Origin: Trichoplax adhaerens
Lineage: Eukaryota; Animalia; Placozoa
Assembly: GCF_000150275.1 (NCBI RefSeq)
Contig: NW_002060951.1
Location: 2,848,580 to 2,912,579, forward strand
DNA: 64,000 nt
Reading direction: 5' to 3'
Below, one piece after another: positions 11,575 to 24,263 of this stretch. How positions within the stretch are numbered: position 1 is the stretch's first letter; every line of letters starts with the position of its first letter. The position numbers and the translations under genes were made by a program. Below the pieces are notes generated by a model. The model saw only the letters and a program-made list of their open reading frames with translations. It was not told the DNA's origin and did no database searches.

Positions 11575-14500
11575 TTATAGAGTTGCGGCAGTAGTAACGA
11601 CATTATTAGTAGCAGTACTTGTACCTCCAAGATTAAGCTGAGAAAGTATGATAATACCGATGATAGCCAGCAAGATTAGCACCAAAACGATGCAGATTAT
11701 TTTTTTCTAAAATATCAATACAAGTATACATAGTTGAGGATCAGTTTAATTCTATGATGTTATATCTATTGTACGCGTGAAAAAGTACCGAATAGAAGCA
11801 AACATAAATTACTCGCCCAAGTAAGAATTAAAGTAGTTATAGTTTACTTATACCCGTAAATCCATTGCAAGAGAATATTGTTTATAAGATATATTATATA
11901 ATTGATTACGTTTCATTAGAGTAATTAATATTGCTATACTCACAGTAATAAGGATCATATCATAACGTTACATGTAAGAAACGCTATAATATTTTCTTTA
12001 TTGAATAACTTGCAGTATTAGGCTCACGTACTTCGTTTAGATTAAGCATTACGTTGATCTTAAGGTTACTTCATTTACTATAAGCCCTTTCAATTTCTAA
12101 ACTCCCTTAAAACTACAGTACTTATTCCTACTACCCTTATTCGCACACCTAGTTTTATAGAGTGTAAGCGATTAAAATTATACAACTTATACGTATTTAT
12201 CATCACTTACTATCTACAAGCTCGCTAGAGTTAATAAAATACCGTAGTGCTCTCATATGTATAATCCTCGGTGATACTTTTATTTTGCCTGCATACTGTA
12301 TGCCTGATAAAGATAATGATTGCATACCTTACGGGCTGCTGATTGATATTCAAGGGCTTTCTTGACATCTGCTGTAGCCCTGTCAACATAATCAACGGCA
12401 TTTCCAGCTTGATGTTCAATGCTATCGAGCATTTCCGCTTGATTTTCAACCAACATTGCTACATCTAAAAACATATCTTGTAAATCCTACCAATTAAGAA
12501 ACACGATATTAGATTTATTATTTCGATAAAATTCTTTATTCGTAGCAATTTCTACAGGTAGTAATACCTCACGTACGATTACAATACATAACAAATGACA
12601 TACTCGTAAATACACAGTCTGTATAAATAATTACCTTAACGCTCTTTTCCAGTAATAAAATATCGTCATGCCTTGTCTTAATACCCTCTAGGGCCAATCT
12701 CGCATCTTTAGTCCCTGGATCGACCTATACCATAAGTAGACAATAAATTTCAAAAATCATGATTAATAATCAAAAAATACTACTTAAACCAAATTATGAC
12801 TGGTTTGTGCTAAAGCAAACTGAAGGATCATCTCTAAATTCGCCTGGCTTGGTACCGATTGAGTAAATATTTCCAAATCCCAATTTTCCAGCATATCTTC
12901 GACCTCCTCGTCGGTTGCAGGCTTTCCAGCTAAAATATTATATTATTTAGGTGAGATAGTTATCAGCTTTTTCATCACATAAATGATTGTGGTATTTAGC
13001 TAATTAGGCATAGATAATAGAAATTTCTGAACCTATGCTCAGTTGCCTCTTCAGCTTCTCCTTGCATCTATCTCGATATTCATTTTGAATTAGATTAAAC
13101 TTCAACATAGCGTTGACTAAGCGATGCGATAGCGCGGCATGCTGATCACCAGTTACAAGATTCAAAAAAAATGTAAATGATACATGACAGTGCATTAAAA
13201 TATAGTCATTAAATCGTACAGAATTATTCTAATGTTTCAATAGAATTGTGCCTGCATTAAATTCCTGTCATAATAGTATACATCATAAAATCGTACTTGA
13301 GTTCTCTTGATTCGAATTTCCGCGGAAGTATCGCTCGCTTCTCTAATTGATGCTTCTATATCTATTAAAGTTTACGATAGAATATAGTAATAGATTACAC
13401 GATGTGTTAGATTAAGATACCACACTTGCATCTGTTTACTCTTTACCTCCACGATATTAAATCATACCATATTTACAATAGATCAGTATCTAAAGTGTTC
13501 GCGCTACAACAAACCTACTACATTAATTTTGCTTACCCTTTAATCGAGCTCTAGAACGATTTGTCTTCAGTTTTATAGAAGTCATAGCATTTTCCAATCT
13601 AGCTTTATCATCTGTTATATATATTATTTACTTATGCCAAAAATATAGGAGTATAATACGAATACAATACGTATAATTCGCAACATTTTATTTCCGTGCG
13701 CACCTATATACTTGCGGTATTTACAGGTATATCTACACATAAAGTACGTTTTACAAAAGTATTTCGTACAACTAACCGTAATCTACCTTCGACGCCGTTA
13801 GAATATCATTTTGTAGATCGTCCACATAATCAATGTCATTTTCTATTCCACTGAGATCTTGCTCAATTATTTCGATCTGAATAAATAGGATCCTTTACCG
13901 TTATTTAAAATGTATATTCTTTACGAACATACTAGGTAGAAATATAATCGCGCTTCTGATAAATGATCATTGTAGTGAAAACGTTATTAGAATCTACATG
14001 TATGTAATTATGTGTAGTTGTGTAATCTTGGGATAACCAACTGGATACGTATCCATGTATAGGTATATATTTATATATATAATTAATATGTAGTGCTACC
14101 ATTATATTTGGATATATCGCTATTGCCTAATATGGTATTACGTAGATTAATATGTATTTAGAGATAGTATATACAAGATGTGTGTTCTTTATACAGCTAG
14201 GAGTTGGATACAATAAGCTAGATAGTACTTTGATGCTTAAATAATATAATAAAATTCTGTTAATACTTAACAACCACTACTCATACAATAAATCCATTTA
14301 TCAAGATAAGATGCCGGTAACAATGTACCTGCTGTGGTATGATTAATAATGCGGTATATAGTTGCTGGCTATTTTCATGCTACAGCAATTTACGTATAAC
14401 TCGACTATCAATAAACTAATTTCTATATTTCTCCTAAATTATTTTAAGGTAATGTGGATGTACTTCGTAAAACTTATAAATTTTGAGAACTATTTGCAAC

Positions 14501-15827
14501 ATATGTAATACATACACCCTCCAGTATTTTAGCAGGATTTGATTCATTTAAGTAGCAACTCACTTTTTAAAGCACGAATAGATAAAAAATAGTAACATGC
14601 CGACTTAATTGAAAGCAGTTTCAAAAGCATCATTCATAGCGTTGCATTACTTAGTGTTATAGCTAGATACATATATTTATACGATATCATCGGCGCAATA
14701 GTGAATTAAATTTAGTAAAAGTTAATTACGGCATGACAGTAGCACGGACTAATTTATGATCAGTTATCTGAGTGTTTAGCACAGTTTTAAATTCCAATTT
14801 GTGCTTCTCTCTTAGAATTTTATAACTCTTAAAGTAATGATGAATAACAGAAATTCCAAGAGCTCTTTGGGCCCATTCTAGTCAAAACCTTGATAATTTT
14901 ATCATGTTTACAATAAAATGCTATTAGACTATCACCAGTTATGGGTTTAGCGACTTATTTGACAGGCTACTGTCGCGGTAGTATAAAACTTTACGTATTT
15001 GACCGAAATGAATGAAATTTACTTCTGGTGCTATCCTGCTTTCTATTCGGAGCTTAACCGTAACTTCAGCGCAGTATTATGCTTCAGTAAATAACATATT
15101 ATCATCTATTATACGTATGCATAGTATTTTCATTCTTTCCGGGTAATCTTCTATCAAGCTATGCATTATTGGTAAGTAGATTAATATGGTACCTGCTTAA
15201 AGAATTCTCCCATAAATTCCTCTTCCTCTAGTGCAACTTCAGCCATTTCAAAACCAACGATGGCATGATTTGCATCCGTATTCTCCTCAAGTTGCACCTA
15301 CAATGTTAGGTCAAATGTGTTAAAAATTAGAACTCTTAACGAAAGTATGAATAGATCACTATTACGTTATATTCTTTACATCCTTAATAACTGTTTCGAA
15401 AGTCAATTAATTAGACCAAAATGCTATTTACTATGAATAGGATTAATAATTCTATAGTCTACACAGGCGATGCTACTGCTCTTTATAGACGAACACAGTG
15501 GTCATTAACCAACCGCAAGCAGTAAATTTCGTACTAGTCTCGATCAACCTTGATAAGAGTGAAGTGCCGGTAATCAACTATGAGCGACTAATTTCTCTAT
15601 CTGTATCATACACACCATAATAAAATTAGAACCGTAATGTTTTATATCTTTAAAATTAAGTGCATTAGATCCCTAACTATCATTATATCAAAAACATTAT
15701 ACTTGTTAATAGCAAGTAATCTATTTATGTTAATTCTCCTGTATGATATATAATTTAATAACTTAAATCCTTAGCGTTATTCTTGATCTAATACCTCTCT
15801 GATATCTGCTAATCTATCTCTCGCCAT
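11575..15827 (-). CDS. Syntaxin-1-like Qa-SNARE, paralogue A (10 coding exons)
   Basis: [11 protein letters not shown] / VQLEEN...FMGEFFKQ / IEIIEQDL... / [24 protein letters not shown] / ...[10 protein letters not shown] / HAALSHRLV...[15 protein letters not shown] / [24 protein letters not shown] / ...[16 protein letters not shown] / [24 protein letters not shown]...YQSAARK / [21 protein letters not shown] plus tail. All introns read as GT-AG. Confidence 0.92.
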
Positions 15828-17929
15828 ATCGTGTGAAAATTTAAATTTTCTCGAGAATAAGCACCAAAGATTAAAGATTTTTACAGCGAACAAAATTTGT
15901 ATCTTGCTCTGTGACACGGGATATCTCGGTGTTCGTTATTAACCTTTCCTACTTATCTGTAATATGATAATTTCAGATTCTTCCGATTAACATATTTTTA
16001 ACTAAGGATCTGTAACCACTTTAATTGCTTACGATTATAATATGAAATTTAATGATAGCATCAGAAAACCACTTAACACAGTGCAAACCTTTGAAATTAA
16101 ATAAAGTTTCGAGATTCCAAGAAAACTTTTCCGCGTCCTACATCGTTCTGTAGCACTGAGATTGCTATCTCAACTAAAAGAATTATTGGATATGGTAGAG
16201 TAACTATATTCTTACAAAGTAATGCGCATGCTATACTTGATAATTGTCGGACACGGTAACTTCGCTATATCGAAGTAAAACTTTATTGTTTATAGATACA
16301 ACATCTAAGCATGATGCTTACAATGTAAAAGTGACTCCCTACCTCGATCTGCAACCTGTAGTATGCAATTACAATTAAGAAAAGTGCTATTGTCTACATC
16401 ACGTGAAGTGTAACCATAGAATCACTATAGAATAATGAAATATAATGAAAAAACTCATTATAGATATGTAAATTACAGTACCTAAACTGTTCAAGTGATC
16501 AGTTTACGTCATAACTGTAAATATAACACGCCAATGTTTTTATTTATAAGTTCCAATGCATGGGTACCAACGTTCTATTCAACTGTTCAAAGCTTATCGA
16601 AGATATATTGATTATTTCAAGAGTTTATTAGTAGTAAGAATATGTTTATCTCAAACTGTCTTTTTTTCCAAATCACCCAGTAAAAATCTTTTAATCTAGC
16701 CAATTTACCTAAAATATGCAGAATACAATTTCTTTTATACCGTTTTTTGCTGTTACACTCCCAATTTGACGTAGCTAATACTTTGTTACAGTATCTTCGG
16801 TCTTGTTAGGGGAAAATTGCATGAAGCAATTTACTTTCGCCGCTTAGTAATCTTATCGACGGTCGCAATGTATCAAGACATCAATAACAACCTGAGCTGA
16901 TACTGTGCATGTCAGTATATCATATAACGAAATTGCATCCATATATTATGTCATCCTTATTCGATATTATCGAATCTACGAACAAAAATACTATTAATTA
17001 TCTATACCTGACGTTAAATTCTTAGTAAAATTGGTACGTTAAAAACTAAACTTTTAGATATTTATAACACAGAACAGAAAATCTAGAGAAGTGAAAGTAC
17101 AGTACTACGCTTATAAAGTTCAATAATTAATTTGTAGAACGTGCCGTATCAATTTCGTAAATTCCACGTCCAAGTAAGATTTATATCTTTAGCTTATAGT
17201 TGATATAAAGTGCTGGCTAGGATGAATATACAAATCTCTATTGTAAAACTCCACATTTTAACAGTAATGATATGAATCCTTAATTAAAGTTTAGCCTTAG
17301 CAGTTTAAGGCTATAGTACTTAATTACTACAGTTTAAATTTGAGTAATTATAGAATCACAGTAATTTTATCACAACTGCTTAGTTAGTATATCACTAATT
17401 GAAGAGAATATCGCATATTTGAATCGGATACGATCGATAAGAAGCTGTATGAGTCAGCACATGATATACTATACAACAGCCATGGTAATCCGTAATGGAT
17501 CTATATATAAATCATTCATCAAACTATTCTCTAGTACAACTTTTAATTTAAGTAGCATCTAGAAATCAGGATTGAAATCGCACATTTTAACTGTCTGCAG
17601 GCACAACTAGTTATACTTGCCTTGAATGATATTTTAAAATAACCCGTTAAAGCATTTTAAATTGCAAATAACTTCTAGTATTTAATTAGATCAAATTTAC
17701 AATTTCAGATACTGATTTTAAATCTTTTTAATTAGTGAATATCTGATATATCTGATAAGTCCTAACGCTAGTATGTCTTAATGTTTCAGAATAACAATTT
17801 GGAAGAAATGGTTTATTAAAGACATTTTATACAGTAGGTTATCAAGTTATCATACAATTGGTTAGCGATGATTTGACCTACTCTTAAGTGGATAAAATTA
17901 TAATATATTAATTTTAGTTTATTTTATTG

Positions 17930-20900
17930 CTAAACGCCCCTTGATCCAAAAATTCCGCCAAAAACTCCCGCAATTACCAAAGCTAAGATGATAATACATA
18001 CTATAATGATAACTTTTTTCTGGATCATTAGGAAGTCAAGCATTATGAAAAAGAAATAAGAATGAATTTATATTAGTATTTTTACGGCTATGATTAATTG
18101 CTACAGTTGAATTTGGATAAATGATACTTATAATCTTCGGTAACACCTAAGCAAAATCAACATACCCGCCGAGCTTTACTTTGATACTTAGTTGCTTTTT
18201 TGGTATCTTCTTTAGCTCTCTCGACATAATCTGTTGTTTGGGCAACATTATATTCAATTCGATCTATCATTTCTCCCTTATGAAGAAGTTAATATATTTG
18301 ATTGAATTACTAACGGTTAATTTGTTCTTCGATATTAAATAAAGGTTTACAAGCAGGAAGGGATGGAAATCAATGCATTGAAAATATAAGTAATGCCTCT
18401 TTTACCTGGACGCTAATTAGTTGTCCCATATCCTGAAATAACTCTGCTAGATCCTAGTTTAATTGACAATAGTTAGATTAATTTCCAAGTAAACCCTTTA
18501 TAAGCTAAAGTGAATAAAATAATTAACCGATAGATTCTTCTCTAATTTCATTATCTCTTTGTGGCGGGATTCAATTAATGATAAAGTTCTCTTTGCTTCC
18601 GCGGAGTCAATCATGAGCTTTTAAATAATTTATGAGATGCATAAGTTTAATAGTATATGGTTTCATTCATATGACAAGCTTTTCTATTGATATAATTGCG
18701 GAATGGAAGTTCAGAAGCCTATATTGTTACATCATAGAAATGTTTTCATGTCAAGAACTTACGCCTGATGTAAATATTCGGGGTGCTGGACCACCACTTT
18801 CCAACATTTCGTCGATGTCTTCTTCACTAACTTTTTGCTGAGCTATTAGATCAAATATTGCATTTACAATTGTTGATTGCAACAGATTATAAAGATTACT
18901 TAAGGTACGCAGGCTGGCTTATAATCTTTTAATGTACATTATAACGTATTGCATATCTTAAGGATTCAGTAACGTACTTATCTTTAGTTGAGTTTCTAGT
19001 CGCGCTTTACATTTTTCCTTGTATTCTATTTGTTGCATATTATATTCGCTCATAACGTCGATGTAGTTTTTAGATAGCGCAGTACACTATATAATCCAGG
19101 GATGTAAAATTAGCCAAGACAGTTTATGCTGATATTATATGGTCTACTATTTCATTAAGTTTGTGGTATTAGTATTGTTGGTACAGGTTTTAGATTAATA
19201 AAGTACATAAGTAAAACTAAAGCGAATTTTTATTTACAGATAGACTCTTATTGTCAGTCAGTCAGTTAATCAATTCATGATATCTAATAACACTACAGAT
19301 AATAAGGAATCTTGGCAAACATGTAATTTACTCATGCTACAATAACGAGAGGATAAGTGATATAAAAAGTCACGTGCTAATGTACTGCATTAAAGCGCTG
19401 TTATAATTATAAGATTGTAGAAGATTAATTGATATACTAGCGTGGCACTTATTTATCCAAGTACTACTTTCACATATTCGACTTTCATTTGATAATGAAT
19501 TTGTAATCGAAATAGTTAAGTTGTTTTCAAATCTTCAGCACTAACTAACATATCAACACCCAAAGAGATATTTCTCTAGAACATTTCATAAAATAACTGA
19601 TTATTATCTAAAGGGCACGTATCGAAAACATTAATCTTAAATACTCGAAGTACAGAGTACACGGTAAAAAGTTACTGAACTTCTGATACACGATATAAAG
19701 TTACTGAACCTCTGACAGGTCTAAGAGATATTTGGTAGCTATAACTATAGACTGTAGTGGTATAGACTCTATGCTAGAGTATAGATGACTATATGTGGTA
19801 AGGTGATTATTATTAAGTTACTAATAAGGCTATAGGTAAAAATAGAACTGTAAATCATATATTAGGATATGGTTAATTCATTGTAGTTTGGCTGGTGTGA
19901 ATAATGTCTACGTAAGTACTGTAATCGTATCCATATTGGATTAATGATGGTCCGCAGTAGAATTGTCTTTCTAAGAATAATTTAACTATGTGTAATATAA
20001 GGTAAAAGGTTGCCATGCGGATTGTAGCTGGGAATGCTACGAAAAGTATACAAGCATGCAACTTTATATAATATAATGAATTAAAATGCAGTACTCTAAT
20101 AGCTTGAATTGTTAAAAGCTGAGTACAAATCAAGAATATTCTGATGTATTAGCTAAGATTTAGAAAAAAAAGGTGCTTAATTAGCTTTATTTACTTGACT
20201 TTTTTTTATTCGAACGTCAGCTGAAAGTCCATCCATAGTTTCTTGTTGTTGTATATCTTGCTCCATTACTATTTCAAATTTTGTAATGAAGGAAAATTTA
20301 CAAATGTAATATAATGTATAACAAGATTTTTTGGGTGAAATTGTACCTAAATAGCTTTATTGAGATAAAGAGCATTTTATGTCTTAGCTAATTCTATGTT
20401 ATAAAATTTTTAGTCTTCTATGGCGCTTACCTTTGAGTCTGGCTTTAATACGGTTCGCGAACCTTTTTATTTCTGACGTTAGATCTATTAATCGACCTTC
20501 TGCCTCTGATGAATTAAAGTAGATATATGATTTACGTTATTTTGAGTAAATCTTTGAGTTTATTTACAGAAATTGCTATAATAAGAATTGATTAATTGTT
20601 TATCCGTTGATGAACTTATTCAAAATATGAAGATTAACAATTAGTAAATGATAGCTCATTGAATGCTAACATAATTTTTCCAGCCCTCGCAGATAGAGAA
20701 TACTAATAGCTGCAGTATCTTACTTTCGATATTAAGATACATTAATTTTGAGTTTACGGCAAAGTATTTTCACTATTAGTGCTTTAGGAATTGTCATTTT
20801 ATTAAAATATTAATAAAACTGAATATTTAGATCTACAACCGAATACCCGGTGAATAGAAGTGGGTCATAATCTATGCACCTTATGAAGCTAGAAATTATG

Positions 20901-23900
20901 ACAGAAGTAGATACTAGCCGTTATTTACAATATAAAATATATGTACACTATTGTTTATTGCCCTAGCCTATTTGATAACTCATGATCAAATATAAAAGTT
21001 GATGATTTTCAGTGGATTGCTGCGGGATACGGTAAGAAAGTTATTACTACATTCAAACGTGATCTTTAGTTTTCGAAGTAAAGCGGAGAGAATTGAACTT
21101 ATTCTATGTGCGTTTGAGAAAGATATAATAATATCAATTAAACAAATTTGCTTTAGCTTACCTGAAATGAGCTCGTACTGGACTAAAATCGTTGTGGTTT
21201 ATTACATTTTACTAGTATATTTCCCGGTTCAAATCAGTGGGTTAAATTCATATAGTATTGTTGAAAAATATAAAAAGTTTGATAGGGTAGAAAAATAATG
21301 TAACGCGTTAATATGCAGCACTTAACCTTTTCACATTACATAAAGGAACGCTTAGACGATCGATTGAAGGTATAAAGCCGACTAGGATTATGTGGTAGGT
21401 ATGATGTAATCTACGAATAGTCTGAATGTTATCTCAAGTATGTTACTGACGTACAGATAACATGTCTAGGAATTGTTGCCATGTAATATCACAGCTTATA
21501 TATTACAATTACTGTACTAATACGATATTCACGGTATAAATACTATACGGGTAGACAAGTTAAAGTTAGTTCACTGTATCCTAGGATAAGAAAATAACTA
21601 TACTCTTAAGTCTTCATCTGGAAGCAATTCTATAAGTCACTCTTGGCTGTTCTTCTCTCTTAATAAACTAGTCTAAAATTATAAGCTACATTTGTGTGTC
21701 GTATCATTAGTTGAGGATAGAGAATATTACAGTAGGAGGTTGAGAAACAATAGACGATAAGTGAGTCGAGGACATACTCGTATACAGTATAATATACCAA
21801 AACATATTCGCGAACGGTAGGCTGGTCAGTAAAGTAGTAAAACATGAAGTAGGAGTGCATCGATTATTATAAAGATTACTCTTACAAATTGTAAATTTCA
21901 GCATGGCATTTCCTTAACCTTTAAAGTCAGTTATTACCTATTTCATTATTAATTAATAACTATGTATCTGTGTACTGTATACTTATTTTAAAATTGAAAC
22001 GAAATTTGATGTCATAGTCTGATGGAAACTTTTCGAATTTGAAATTTTAGTTTCGTCTACATACCTTCGCCTATGATATATATTAAATGACTCAGTTATC
22101 TATTACGGGTTGATATTTCGGTCTACCATGTTAAAGTATTTAGCTCATAAAGACCTTAATGGGTCAGCATTTGTAAAAATATACTCATACTTGTTCAAAG
22201 TGGTTTGCGAGTATGAAATTGTAGTGGGAAAAATGATGCAGAGTTATCACAAAAACGACGTCAGGTATCCAAAAATATAAATCAAAGTATAAAATTGAAA
22301 CGGGTTCGCAGTGTTAATAAGGCCACGACTAAAATTTTACTACGTCTAATTGATGTAGTTTTCACTGGGCCATCATTTTAAGCTAGAGTACATGAAAGAA
22401 ATAAAAGGTCCTAAAATGAAGCATTGGTCAAGTAGTTTATTAGGTCTAATCAATGCATGTCTTACGTTAGATTATTATTTAAAACCCAATTGAAATAAAT
22501 AAATAAATTAAAGGCTAGAAAACTATATTATTCCCTTAGATATTGGATAATCTTCAAAATAATTCTCGTCATCCATATAAACATTTCTTCAATTAATAGA
22601 TCTTTTGCCTAAATAAAGATACTAACAAACTAATTACGTGGATATGGGGATATATTTGTTCCTATGGCATTAGAAAATTGTAACTTTTAAGCTAAGCAGA
22701 TCTATCTTTATATACAGGGATATGCTCTTAAAATGTGTACAGATGAGTAATTTAAATTTAAAATTTCAGTAATATACTAGAAAACCCAACATCTTAATGG
22801 CGAAATTACTTAATGTTGATATTACATTTGGAGCCATCGGTGTTTTAATAAGTGTTATTTTAAGTTAGGTAGTGATTTCGCTTGGCGAAATTACAGGTTT
22901 TAGAATTATCTAATTTTTTGAAGGTGCAGATTCTACTGCGTAAGGATTAAATTGTATTTGTCACTATTTTAGATAGGTATCAAAATTAGGGCGGTTACAT
23001 CAACTATAGATATCTATTCGACTATAACTTGGTTATTATGTTTTTGAAGGTAATTCTTATTCAGTCAAAGTGAATTAGTGTATTAAAAGAGGTTGATTAT
23101 GATACACACTTTCTGGATAATGCTCAAATATTTCTAAACTTTAGCGAGCTTTGTATCTCTAAATTGATATATTGTAAAATACGAAATGTAAGTTATTAGA
23201 GAATGTCTCTTATAACCTTTTTCCATTCTAGGATCGGTCAATATAATTATTTGAGTCTTATTTGCCTGCTCTACGTTGTAGGTAATCTTTTCAATCCCTT
23301 GACGAATTTCCTCTACCTATTATATAAAAATTAGCAAAGATTTTTAGATAAAGGTATATAGGTTTAATTATTTACATAATTAATGAGAATCCCCAAGAAT
23401 TGTAAATCTGCGGAACAAAATGTAGTTACTTCCGTAATACACCTTACTAACTTTCGCTGTTTAAGCGTTATGAACGCGTTGTAGTTCAATAAGTCAGATT
23501 GCGCTACATTATACGAGTTTTTACTGTATGTATACTGCAGTCACACATTCTCAACTGGAACAAATATGGATCTTCTAGTAACGAAATCTTTTTATAATAT
23601 ATACTTATTGTAAATTATTTGATGATGAATTGAGGTCGATACATTTGTTTTTACGAATTTTCGAGTCATTTTTATGTTCTATGCGTCAAAACTGTATTGG
23701 ATAGGAAGTCTATTCGATTACTTTAACGCGCATCTTTATCAATATGGAAATTTGCCAGTAGTACCAAATGGATAGAAATAGTGCTAATAAATCGCTTCCT
23801 TTAAATTGAAATTGTAGAAATACTGAATGGCTTAAGATATTTATATTCTTATACGTTGCTTTATTACAGACTATTTAAGCATGATATTTAATTATTTTCG

Positions 23901-24263
23901 CTCATTACAATTAATATCAAATAGAAACAATATTACCTGCTCGAAAAATTCATCCATATATCCGTATTCTTCTTCGTCACCGTTGAGATATTCATTACGA
24001 TCATGACGAAACTAGAATTTACAGACAATCATGATGGTTAGCGGTATTGAGACTTAATTTAAGAATTAGTAGATAGGTTTTTTAACTTATTCCCTTTTCA
24101 GAAAACTGGTTAGATTTTCGCTTACGATCGCATTGGATAGCAGCGTTTAAATTAACTTCAATTTCTTTACTTAATTGGTATACGATAGGCATTGTCGTAG
24201 AATAGAAATTTTTAGTCTTATACCGATTCTTACTTGCTTTAAAGCTGCCAATTTATCCTTCAT
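17930..24263 (-). CDS. Syntaxin-1-like Qa-SNARE, paralogue B (11 coding exons)
   Basis: [10 protein letters not shown] / ...YMDEFFEQ / [11 protein letters not shown]... / ...[15 protein letters not shown] / ...[10 protein letters not shown] / ...[16 protein letters not shown] / ...[17 protein letters not shown] / ...[16 protein letters not shown] / [16 protein letters not shown] / [11 protein letters not shown]...KYQSKARR / [29 protein letters not shown]. Confidence 0.92.
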
